From positions 143,687 to 207,686 of the forward strand of contig JAALLF010000001.1 of NCBI GenBank assembly GCA_011087645.1: a DNA stretch of 64,000 bases. The letters are read 5' to 3'. Source of the DNA: Alphaproteobacteria bacterium (lineage in GTDB: Bacteria > Pseudomonadota > Alphaproteobacteria > UBA6615). Shown in pieces: positions 24,180-32,569 of this stretch. Position numbers and translations under genes: made by a program. Below the pieces are notes generated by a model. It made no database searches and was not told the origin of the DNA. It saw only the letters and a list, made by a program, of their open reading frames with translations. Position 1 is the stretch's first letter. Each line of letters starts with the position of its first letter.

Positions 24180-25340
24180 TTATTCTTGTGGGTCGAGCAT
24201 AGCGCTCCGCCACTCATTTTGCACATCAACATCGTTTTCGTGCGGCATTTTCTCCGCCTGCCATCGCTTAAATACGTCGTGCGGCGCGAGCTGCGATAGC
24301 GCCCATACCGCAGCGCCCCGCACCACGGGCGCCTGGTCATCGAGCAACGACTCGACCACTGGCACAATCTTCGCGTCGCCGCTATTTCCCAATGCAATTA
24401 ATACGTTGCGAACGAACCGGTCTCGGCCCGAGCGCTTGATCGCGGTCTTCGAGAACAACCGGCGGAATTCCCCATCGTCGAGGCGCGCCAGTTCGGCCAG
24501 GCGCGGTGCGGTGAGCTCGTGGCGCGGTTTCAGCTCCGGGTCGCCGCCGGCTTGGGCAAATTTGTTCCAGGGACAGACCGCCAGGCAATCGTCGCAGCCA
24601 TAGATGCGGTTACCCATCAACGGCCGCAGTTCCCGGTCTATGGGCCCGGCATGTTCGATGGTCAGATAGGAAATGCAGCGCCGCGCATCGAGTTGATAAG
24701 GGGCGGGAAAGGCGTTGGTCGGACACACATCCATGCAACGGTGGCAAGACCCGCAGTGATCCTCCACCGGTGGGTCGGCGGCAAGATCGAGGGTGGTGTA
24801 GACCTCGCCGAGGAACATCCACGAACCGTGCGCGCGCGACACCAGATTGGTGTGCTTGCCCTGCCAGCCCAGCCCGGCCTGCTGGGCCAAAGGCTTTTCC
24901 ATCACCGGGGCGGTATCGACGAAAATCTTGATGCCGCAATCAAATTCCTCGCCGATCCAGCGCCCCAACACCCGCAATCGTTTTTTCAAGACCTCGTGAT
25001 AGTCGCGGCCCCTGGCATAGACCGAAATATTGCCAGTCGCCGCGCGCGACAGGTTGTCCAGAGGATCGTCTTCGGGCGCGTAGGAAATACCCAGTGCAAC
25101 GACGCTGCGCGCCTCGGGCCACAACACCCGCGGATCACCGCGCCGTTCGGCCTTGCCGACCAGCCAGCCCATATCGCCGTGATAGCCGCGGCGCAAATAT
25201 TCAGCCAGATTTTCCCGATTGGCGTCGGAAAGCGCGGCCGGCGCAAACCCGACCGCGCTGAACCCGACCGCTAAGGCGCGTTCGCGTATCTGACCACGAA
25301 TATCATCGCGCGCGATCGGCTCTGGTGCGGCGACGGTCAA
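24180..25340 (-). CDS. queG: Epoxyqueuosine reductase (tRNA queuosine biosynthesis)
   Basis: 386 aa; two 4Fe-4S ferredoxin Cys clusters (CGSCHRCMDVCP, CDDCLAVCP) and C-terminal HEAT-like tail typical of QueG. Confidence 0.85.
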   Translation of the reverse strand: MTVAAPEPIARDDIRGQIRERALAVGFSAVGFAPAALSDANRENLAEYLRRGYHGDMGWLVGKAERRGDPRVLWPEARSVVALGISYAPEDDPLDNLSRAATGNISVYARGRDYHEVLKKRLRVLGRWIGEEFDCGIKIFVDTAPVMEKPLAQQAGLGWQGKHTNLVSRAHGSWMFLGEVYTTLDLAADPPVEDHCGSCHRCMDVCPTNAFPAPYQLDARRCISYLTIEHAGPIDRELRPLMGNRIYGCDDCLAVCPWNKFAQAGGDPELKPRHELTAPRLAELARLDDGEFRRLFSKTAIKRSGRDRFVRNVLIALGNSGDAKIVPVVESLLDDQAPVVRGAAVWALSQLAPHDVFKRWQAEKMPHENDVDVQNEWRSAMLDPQE

Positions 25341-25343
25341 CCG

Positions 25344-25808
25344 TCACCCCCGCCCCCGGTAAGGGGCCACGCCCTGATCGGGTAACCACAGGCCAGCGGG
25401 CGGCTCACCGGTTTGATAGAATACATCGATCGGCATGCCGCCGCGGGGATACCAATAACCGCCGATACGCAGCCATTGCGGGCTCAACGTGTCGACCAGC
25501 CGTTTGGCGATCGCCACGGTACAGCCCTCGTGGAACGCGCCGTGATTGCGAAACGAGCCCAGATAAAGCTTGAGCGATTTGCTCTCGACGATCCACTCAT
25601 CAGGCGCATAGTCGATCACCAAATGGGCAAAATCGGGCTGGCCGGTGATCGGGCAGATCGAGGTGAATTCAGGCGCGGTGAAGCGCACCAGATAGGCCTC
25701 GCCCGGTTGCGGATTGGCGACCCGCTCCAGTACGGCCTCGTCGGGCGATTGCGGCAACGGCGCGTCGCCGCCCAGTTGGGTGAGGCCGGTGTAAGTTTCA
25801 TCGGTCAT
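25344..25808 (-). CDS. queF: NADPH-dependent 7-cyano-7-deazaguanine (preQ0) reductase, type I
   Basis: Start MTDETYTG; QueF motif [23 protein letters not shown] (catalytic Cys and QueF motif E(S/L)K(S/A)hK(L/Y)(Y/F/W)); start ATG overlaps queA stop. Confidence 0.85.
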   Translation of the reverse strand: MTDETYTGLTQLGGDAPLPQSPDEAVLERVANPQPGEAYLVRFTAPEFTSICPITGQPDFAHLVIDYAPDEWIVESKSLKLYLGSFRNHGAFHEGCTVAIAKRLVDTLSPQWLRIGGYWYPRGGMPIDVFYQTGEPPAGLWLPDQGVAPYRGRG

Positions 25809-26878
25809 AGCGCCCTCCCGTTGGCGCATTTCAAGAGCATGGCGTCCCCATAGGAATAGAAACGATAGCGTTGTGCAATGGCATGGTCGTAGGCGGCGCG
25901 AATGTCATCGGTGCCGGCGAACGCGCTGACCAGCATAAACAGGGTCGAACGCGGCAGGTGAAAGTTGGTGAGCAACAGATCGACCGCGCCGAACCGGTAG
26001 CCCGGGGTGATGAATATACTGGTGTCGCCGGTGAAGGGCTGAACTGTACCGCCTTCATCGATCGCGCTTTCGAGCAAGCGCAGCGAGGTGGTGCCAACCG
26101 CCAGCACGCGCCCGCCCCTGGTATGGGTGGCATTTACCGCATCGGCCGTCGCTGGTGATATTTCGCCTATTTCAGAATGTATCTGATGATCCGCAACGTT
26201 TTCGACCGTCACCAGCAGGAACGTGCCCGCCCCCACATGGAGCGTCAGCGGCGCGGTCGCTATGCCGGCATCGGCCAGGGCGGTCATCAATTCGGGCGTA
26301 AAATGCAGACCCGCGGTGGGCGCGGCCACCGCGCCGTCACGGGCGGCGAACAGGGTCTGATAATCGGCGTGGTCCTGCGCGTCGGGCAATTCTGGGCGCT
26401 TGATATAGGGCGGCAGGGGCGCGCGCCCATGGCGGCGCAGGGCGGCGTGAAAATCGGCCCCCGTCATCGCGAAGCGCAGCAATGTTTCGCCTTTGTCGCG
26501 CTTTTCGACCACATCGGCGCAAAAATCGTCGGCAAAGACAATCTGGTCGCCGGCCGCCAGACGACGCGCCGGTTTGGCGAAGGCCCGCCACAATCCGTCG
26601 CCATCGGACTTATGCAAGGTCACACTCACTTTTCGCTCCGGCGCGGCCTTGCTGCCGGTGACATCGCGCACTCGCACCCCCGACAGCAGGGCGGGAATGA
26701 CCTTTGTATCGTTGAACACCATCAAGTCGCCGGGATGCAGCAACCCGGCCAGATCACGTATCGTGCGGTCGATCAACCCTTCCTGGGCGTCGAGCAAGCG
26801 GGCGCTTTCGCGCGGCACGGCGGGGCGCTGGGCGATTAAGTCGCTGGGCAGTTCGAAATCAAAATCGGCGGTCTTCAT
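25805..26878 (-). CDS. queA: S-adenosylmethionine:tRNA ribosyltransferase-isomerase
   Basis: 357-aa C-terminal portion of track ORF 25805..27748 starting [19 protein letters not shown] (canonical QueA N-terminus); the upstream extension is antisense to yhhQ and non-homologous. Confidence 0.85.
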   Translation of the reverse strand: MKTADFDFELPSDLIAQRPAVPRESARLLDAQEGLIDRTIRDLAGLLHPGDLMVFNDTKVIPALLSGVRVRDVTGSKAAPERKVSVTLHKSDGDGLWRAFAKPARRLAAGDQIVFADDFCADVVEKRDKGETLLRFAMTGADFHAALRRHGRAPLPPYIKRPELPDAQDHADYQTLFAARDGAVAAPTAGLHFTPELMTALADAGIATAPLTLHVGAGTFLLVTVENVADHQIHSEIGEISPATADAVNATHTRGGRVLAVGTTSLRLLESAIDEGGTVQPFTGDTSIFITPGYRFGAVDLLLTNFHLPRSTLFMLVSAFAGTDDIRAAYDHAIAQRYRFYSYGDAMLLKCANGRAL

Positions 26879-26965
26879 GGCAAGGCCAGCGGCAATTGGG
26901 TCAATTGACAGGCTCGCCAGCAAACGGCACAACGCACCTTCCACAACCGGAAATAGCCTAAAATA

Positions 26966-27664
26966 ATGTCCGCCACACCGCCGCCCGCGTCGAACCAGGT
27001 CTCCAGCCGCTTCATGCTCATCGCGGTTGCTTTTGTAACTTGTCTCATCGCCTCCAACATTACCGCGGTCAAATTGATCACGGTCGCCGACTTCATACTG
27101 CCCGGCGCCATCGTCATTTTCCCGATCACTTACATCATCGGCGACGTTCTGACCGAAGTGTACGGCTATGCCAAGGCCCGGCGCGTAATCTGGCTGGGAT
27201 TTTTGGCGAACCTGTTCGCGGTGGCCACCTTCGCCCTGGTCGGTGTTCTGCCGGCAGCCGGTTTTTGGGGCGGGCAAGAGGCCTATGACACCATCCTGGG
27301 CGCCACGCCGCGCATCCTGGCGGCGTCGCTGGTGGCCTATCTGTTCGGCGAGTTCGCCAACGCGTACGTTTTGGCGCGCCTCAAAGTGGCCACCGAAGGG
27401 CGGTTTTTGTGGGTGCGCACCATCGGCTCGACCATGGTCGGGCAAAGCCTCGATTCGGCGATCTTCGTCGTCATCGCCTTCAGCGGCATCTTGCCGACCG
27501 AGGGTTTGATCTTGGTGATCGTAACGCAAGCGGTGGCCAAAACCGCCTATGAGGCCCTGGCGACACCGCTCACCTATCTCGTGGTCGACTGGCTCAAACG
27601 CGCCGAGGGTATCGACACTTTCGACCGCGACGTCAGCTTCAACCCGTTCGCCACCACCGGATAA
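26966..27664 (+). CDS. yhhQ: Queuosine-precursor transporter, YhhQ/VUT (DUF165) family
   Basis: 232 aa, 6 TM; YhhQ-family pattern (ITAVKLITV..FILPGAIVIFPITYIIGDVLTEVYGY) divergent from the queAFG operon. Confidence 0.75.
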   Translation: MSATPPPASNQVSSRFMLIAVAFVTCLIASNITAVKLITVADFILPGAIVIFPITYIIGDVLTEVYGYAKARRVIWLGFLANLFAVATFALVGVLPAAGFWGGQEAYDTILGATPRILAASLVAYLFGEFANAYVLARLKVATEGRFLWVRTIGSTMVGQSLDSAIFVVIAFSGILPTEGLILVIVTQAVAKTAYEALATPLTYLVVDWLKRAEGIDTFDRDVSFNPFATTG

Positions 27665-27672
27665 CGGCGGCG

Positions 27673-28683
27673 ATGGGGACGCAACGCCGATCCCGCTTGG
27701 CAGCCTCGCTGGCCGCCCTCGCGCTGTGTGCGCTCGCCCCATCGGCACTGGCCGGCAACTACACCGCCCAGTTCGAGAACGACAGGATCGCCGATACCGA
27801 CCGGCACTACACTACGGGCATGCGCGTAAACTGGGTTTCGGATCGCGCCACCGATTCCCCGCTATGGGCGAAAAATCTGCTCGATAAAATCTACCCGCTG
27901 GCCGATCTGCGCGCCGGACGGGTCGGCCTCGCCCTCGGCCATAATATTTTCACCCCCGAGGACACCGCGACATCGTCCTTGTTGGTCGACGACAGGCCCT
28001 ATGCCGGCTGGCTCTATGGCGGTATCTCGGCCCATGCTGAGACCAGCCGCACCATCGCCGGCCGTACCGTCGATACGCTGGATACGGTCGAGCTCGATAT
28101 CGGCGTGGTCGGGCCGTGGGCGCTGGCCGAAGAAGTGCAAAATAATTTCCACGAGCTGATCAATGTCAGCCGGTCCAATGGCTGGCACCACCAACTCGAA
28201 AACGAACCGGCTTTGCTCTTCGTGGCCGAACGCCGCTGGCGGCCAGCGCCGCTTACCCTTGGTGCGACCGAGGCCGACATTATTCCCCATATGGGGCTCA
28301 GCCTGGGCAATGTGATGACCCTGGCCAACGCCGGAGCCACGCTGCGGTTCGGCCAAGATCTCGACGTGGATTTCGGCCCGCCCCATGTGCGGCCTACCCT
28401 GTCGGGGCTGGCCGCGGTCAGCGGCGGCACCGACTTTGCCTGGTACCTGTTCGCCGGCGCGGAAGGCCGCATCGTGGCGCGCAATATATTTCTGGACGGC
28501 AACACCTTCGCCAACAGCCACAGCGTCGACAAAATACCCCTGGTCGCCGACATCCAGACGGGCGCGGCGATTGTCGTCAACGACATAAGGCTAGCCTTCA
28601 CCCACGTGTTCCGCACCCGCGAATTCGAAGGCCAACGCCGCGCCGACCGTTACGGCGCGGTCAGCCTGTCGGCGCGCTTCTGA
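27673..28683 (+). CDS. Outer-membrane beta-barrel protein, lipid A deacylase LpxR-like (DUF2219) family
   Basis: 336 aa, signal peptide, alternating amphipathic beta-strand pattern, C-terminal aromatic residue (…SLSARF). Confidence 0.5.
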   Translation: MGTQRRSRLAASLAALALCALAPSALAGNYTAQFENDRIADTDRHYTTGMRVNWVSDRATDSPLWAKNLLDKIYPLADLRAGRVGLALGHNIFTPEDTATSSLLVDDRPYAGWLYGGISAHAETSRTIAGRTVDTLDTVELDIGVVGPWALAEEVQNNFHELINVSRSNGWHHQLENEPALLFVAERRWRPAPLTLGATEADIIPHMGLSLGNVMTLANAGATLRFGQDLDVDFGPPHVRPTLSGLAAVSGGTDFAWYLFAGAEGRIVARNIFLDGNTFANSHSVDKIPLVADIQTGAAIVVNDIRLAFTHVFRTREFEGQRRADRYGAVSLSARF

Positions 28684-28756
28684 TTGACGCAGCGGATCGG
28701 CGCCGAATCCGCTATAATCACGGCGCAAATCCATCTCACAAATCGACAGGTGACCC

Positions 28757-29233
28757 ATGCGCTTCGGTGACCGTAACCCCATTCCGCTGCCGACGACCCA
28801 GCTTTCGGACCGGGTCGACTGGAGCTTCGCCGACACCCCGGCAGAGATCGCCGCGGTCGCCGCCGCCGAGCCGATGGATCAACTGCGCGCCGCCAACGAT
28901 TACGTCACCGCAACGTGCGCCTATGTGGAAGACGTCATCGACCATTGGAAATCGCCGACCGAGTTTTTCACCGCCAAAGCCGGCGATTGCGAAGACCATT
29001 GCGTGGGAAAATATGCGCTATTACGCAATATCGGCTGGGGGGCGGCCGATCTCGGCGTGTTTGCCGGCCGCGACATCGACGGGGTCGGCCACGCGCTGCT
29101 CGGCGCGCGCATCGGTGACGATATTCAAATTCTCGACAACCGCACGCCGATTATCCGCCCGACAACCGAAGCGTCCTGGTTCACGCCGTTCTTCGGCGTC
29201 AACGAGGATACGTCCTGGTTCTATCTGGGCTGA
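28757..29233 (+). CDS. Bacterial transglutaminase-like cysteine peptidase (BTLCP, LapG-like family), short form
   Basis: 158 aa; conserved Cys-His core GDCEDHCVGKYALL ... GHALL characteristic of COG3672 BTLCP proteins. Confidence 0.6.
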   Translation: MRFGDRNPIPLPTTQLSDRVDWSFADTPAEIAAVAAAEPMDQLRAANDYVTATCAYVEDVIDHWKSPTEFFTAKAGDCEDHCVGKYALLRNIGWGAADLGVFAGRDIDGVGHALLGARIGDDIQILDNRTPIIRPTTEASWFTPFFGVNEDTSWFYLG

Positions 29234-29242
29234 TTGAGCGCC

Positions 29243-30001
29243 CTACTCCGCCGCTTCCGCCGACAGCCTGCCCGCCTCGCGCCAGACATCGATGACCTCT
29301 TCGGCCTGCACCACCTGGCCGAACCAGCGGTCGATATTGACCAAGGTGGCGTTATGCATCTCTTCGGTGACGGTGCCGGTGCAGTCGTCGGCGAAGACGA
29401 TGTAATAGTCGTGGAAGAAACCGTCGCGCGCGGTCGATTCGACGCAGCCATTGGTGATCGCGCCGGTCATGATCAGCGAGCGGATGCCGTTCGAGCGTAA
29501 GACCATGTCGAGATTGGTGCCGATGAACCCGCCATAACGGTGTTTATGGATGATCGGCTCGCCCGGCCGCGGTTCGATGCCTTCGTAGAAATCACCACCC
29601 CAGCCATCTTCCATACACACCGGATATTCGATGAACCGTCCCTTCCATTGGCGCAGCGACTGTTCGAGCCAGACATCGGACATCAGGTTCATGTCGGCGT
29701 TGTAGATGGTCTGGATATAGACGATCAGACAACGCGCCTGGCGCGCCTTGTCGATCAGATTGACCAACCGCGGCACCATGGTCTGGATGCGCGTCAGATC
29801 GAAGCCCTCGGTATCGAGCATGCCGCCTTCGGCGCAGAAATCGTTCTGCACATCGACCACGATCACCGCGGTATGGGCCGGATCGGTCTTGGCTTCCAGG
29901 GTGGTCAGCGCGCGCGCCAGGGTCTTGTCGATATTGGCGCGCATGACCGGGGTGATCTTGTCCGGGTTGCGGTTCGATAGGGTGGCGTTGTCGTCGGCCA
30001 T
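29243..30001 (-). CDS. Isochorismatase-family cysteine hydrolase
   Basis: 252 aa; isochorismatase fold motifs (TAVIVVDVQNDF, catalytic Cys in MTGAITNGCVESTARD). Confidence 0.8.
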   Translation of the reverse strand: MADDNATLSNRNPDKITPVMRANIDKTLARALTTLEAKTDPAHTAVIVVDVQNDFCAEGGMLDTEGFDLTRIQTMVPRLVNLIDKARQARCLIVYIQTIYNADMNLMSDVWLEQSLRQWKGRFIEYPVCMEDGWGGDFYEGIEPRPGEPIIHKHRYGGFIGTNLDMVLRSNGIRSLIMTGAITNGCVESTARDGFFHDYYIVFADDCTGTVTEEMHNATLVNIDRWFGQVVQAEEVIDVWREAGRLSAEAAE

Positions 30002-30080
30002 AGTGTCCTCCCGTTGGGCCGCATTGGTTCGGACTCACGCTGTTGCGGCCGCGTTGCGGGCCTGAGCATAGAGCAGTTGC

Positions 30081-31214
30081 CTAGAGGACGGGAAGCGCCA
30101 CGTTGAGCGCCCGTTCGAAAAGCCAGACCGACGCCACGACCACCACCAGCGCCGACCCCACCTGGAGGCCGCCTCGTGGATAGAAGCGCCAATCGCGCGC
30201 TAGATAGGCCAGCGGCAGAAAGGCTGCGACGATGGCCAGTTGACCGACTTCGACGCCGACATTGAAGCTCAGAAGCGCTAGCACCAATGCGCCGGGGGGT
30301 AAGCCCAAATCGACCAGCACGCTGGCGAAACCCAGGCCGTGCACCAAGCCGAAGGCGAAGGCAACGAGCCAGAGCCGCCGGGTGACCACTGGATAGATGT
30401 TGTTGAGGGCGGCGATAACCACAGAGGCGGCGATTACCGATTCGACCAGGCGCGTCGGCAGATCGATGGCGCCCAGCGCCGCCAGGGTCAAGGTGATCGA
30501 GTGGGCGAGCGTGAACGCCGTGACGATCTTGAGGACTTGTCCGAAGGCCGCGCGGAAGTCGCCGACCGGCTCCCAGGTCCTGGCGCGGCGCAAGAACACT
30601 GCCGGCAGCAACAGCGTGAGCAGGAACAGCACATGGTCGAAACCGATCCAGATATGCCACACGCCATTGACGGCGAATTCGAGCCCCTGGCGCAATAGAT
30701 CCACCTGACCCAGTTCAAGGGACTGGGTTGCGGCGGCGGGCGCGAAGATAACGGTCTGGGTCTGGCCGCCCGCGGTGAGTTGCAAGAGGCCGCGATGCTG
30801 GGGGTCGAGGTCGAAGAACAGGCTATAGTCGACCTCGATAGATTGCGCCGGCGCCGCACAAGAGGCGGCAAAGCGCAGCACCGCGTAGACGCCGTCACTG
30901 TGGGTGTCGACCAATTGTTCGCCGGGCGTCAGCGCGCAGTCCGCCGCGCCCGCGCTAACTCGCAGACGCGCCAAGGCGTAGGCCGAAATCGCTGTGTGGC
31001 GCGCCTGTAATTCGGTCCACGAGATGGCGCCGTCACCGTTGCCGTCCAACCCGATGGCGAATTCCAGATCGCGTAGCGCGATGTCCCACTGCCCCTCGAT
31101 GCGCTCACCGCTGACCTCCAGGCTGAGATAGGAGTCACTGGGCTTGTGAGCCGACGCCGAGACCGGCATGAGGGCCAGGATCACCAACAGACAAAGGGTT
31201 AGCCACCGAACCAT
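30081..31214 (-). CDS. HupE/UreJ-family (Ni/Co-type) membrane transporter with ~190-aa N-terminal periplasmic extension
   Basis: 377 aa; signal peptide plus soluble domain, then 6 TM with HupE signatures (GVWHIWIGFDHVLF and GLVHGLGFA); start overlaps TPR gene stop (TGATG). Confidence 0.65.
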   Translation of the reverse strand: MVRWLTLCLLVILALMPVSASAHKPSDSYLSLEVSGERIEGQWDIALRDLEFAIGLDGNGDGAISWTELQARHTAISAYALARLRVSAGAADCALTPGEQLVDTHSDGVYAVLRFAASCAAPAQSIEVDYSLFFDLDPQHRGLLQLTAGGQTQTVIFAPAAATQSLELGQVDLLRQGLEFAVNGVWHIWIGFDHVLFLLTLLLPAVFLRRARTWEPVGDFRAAFGQVLKIVTAFTLAHSITLTLAALGAIDLPTRLVESVIAASVVIAALNNIYPVVTRRLWLVAFAFGLVHGLGFASVLVDLGLPPGALVLALLSFNVGVEVGQLAIVAAFLPLAYLARDWRFYPRGGLQVGSALVVVVASVWLFERALNVALPVL

Positions 31215-32479
31215 CAGCTTGCCTCCCCTTCAAGGCGCGCGGTCAGCCGGTCGATCTGCCGATCCCGCAGGCCGGTTTTGCGCAACCAATCGAGCGCCGG
31301 CTGGGCCCGGTCCGGCACCCCGGCGGCCAGGGCCGCCGCCAACACGAGGCGCACATCAGCTGGTTCGCGCTGCGCCTGCCAATTGGCCTCCGCCAGCGCG
31401 AGGGCCGCGGCAGGCCGCTCGAGAATCTCCAGGGTAAAGCGCGCCTCTTCGCGACGGTGGATCACGCTACCCCGCGCCCGGCTGGCCGCGAAGCGCGCTT
31501 CCAGCAGCGCTCGATGATCCTGCGCGGCGGGATCTCCAAGGCGCGCCTCGGCCAGCGTCAAACGCAACAACAGCCCGTCGATCCGCGTGTCGTCGGCAAG
31601 AAAGTCACGGGCCTCCTGGGCGCGGCCGCTATCGAGCAGCAAATCGGCATAGGCGCCGCGCAAATAGGCGTCGCGCCGGCCGAGATCCAGCCCGTCGCGG
31701 AAATGGCGTTCCGCAGCGATGACATCGCCGCGGCGCTGGGCAATCTCGCCCAAATTAGTGAAGGCCCAGAGGCGTAGGCCACGGTCGGCGTCGGTCCAAT
31801 TGGCCAGTCCGCGTTTGAGCAACCCATAACCGGTGTCGGACCGGCCGGTCAGGCTTTCGATGCGGGCCACGCAGGTGACCACAATGAGGGGGTGCACCCC
31901 GCGCGGCAACGCGCGGCAACTGCGGCGCGCGTCGGCGTAGCGCCCCTGCACCTGCAGCACGAACGCCTGGGTCAACAGAGCTTGCGCGTGTTTGGGCTTG
32001 GCGGCGAGAGTTTGAGCAAGGTCGTCCAGCGCGCCGTCGAAATCATGGCGATTTTGCTTCAAGACCGCGCGAAGAACGCGGACCTCGACCGGCGGTGCGG
32101 CCAGGTTGACCCAAGGCTTCAAGGCGGCCTCGGCATAACCGTAATAGCGCGGATCGGCCTCGGCGCGGCCCAAGCCGATATAGCGCTTGGCCAGGGTGCG
32201 GGCTAATTCGAGGTCGTTGGGAGTTTCGTTAAGTTTGGCGCGCAGATGGCGCAACTCGCGCGTCGCCGCGTCGCCGGCTTTTGGCAAACGTTCCAATATC
32301 TGATCGCCCGACGTGGGGCGAAAAGGTTCGGCGGCCGCCGCCGTCGGGTTGAGAACCGCGGCAGCGACAAGGGCGGAGATGAAAATACGGCGCACCGGTT
32401 TGATAATCGGTCGCCGCAGCGTGAAAGCACCGCGCCGAAACGGCGTTGGCGGAAAAGTATCATTTTTACAGTTTGTCAT
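31214..32479 (-). CDS. Secreted tetratricopeptide-repeat (TPR)-like protein, function unknown
   Basis: 421 aa, N-terminal signal-like hydrophobic segment, Ala/Leu/Arg-rich helical repeats typical of TPR/Sel1-like solenoids. Confidence 0.55.
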   Translation of the reverse strand: MTNCKNDTFPPTPFRRGAFTLRRPIIKPVRRIFISALVAAAVLNPTAAAAEPFRPTSGDQILERLPKAGDAATRELRHLRAKLNETPNDLELARTLAKRYIGLGRAEADPRYYGYAEAALKPWVNLAAPPVEVRVLRAVLKQNRHDFDGALDDLAQTLAAKPKHAQALLTQAFVLQVQGRYADARRSCRALPRGVHPLIVVTCVARIESLTGRSDTGYGLLKRGLANWTDADRGLRLWAFTNLGEIAQRRGDVIAAERHFRDGLDLGRRDAYLRGAYADLLLDSGRAQEARDFLADDTRIDGLLLRLTLAEARLGDPAAQDHRALLEARFAASRARGSVIHRREEARFTLEILERPAAALALAEANWQAQREPADVRLVLAAALAAGVPDRAQPALDWLRKTGLRDRQIDRLTARLEGEAS

Positions 32480-32569
32480 CGCGCTTCCCCAAAATTGACA
32501 TCGGCTCGGTGGGCAAAGGGGGGCGAGCTCGCTGGAACCCGCCCCGCATACTGTGGTTCAAGAACTGGC

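Noticed and set aside
26879-26965. Possible preQ1 riboswitch upstream of yhhQ
   Set aside because: The 87-bp spacer lacks the compact hairpin plus A-rich tail of preQ1-I and shows no recognisable preQ1-II or preQ1-III pseudoknot features by eye. It would need an Rfam/Infernal scan to exclude formally.
25805-27748. 647-aa track ORF read as a single large protein
   Set aside because: Only the C-terminal 357 aa (from [11 protein letters not shown]) is QueA. The N-terminal 290 aa are the antisense strand of yhhQ and the GC-rich intergenic region, with no homology. Open antisense frames are expected at 65% GC.
28682-28720. TTGACG ... TATAAT promoter-like hexamers upstream of the BTLCP gene
   Set aside because: The spacer between the hexamers is about 23 nt, far from the 16-18 nt optimum. 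The intervening AGCGGAT...ATCCGCT hairpin is more likely the terminator of the upstream gene.
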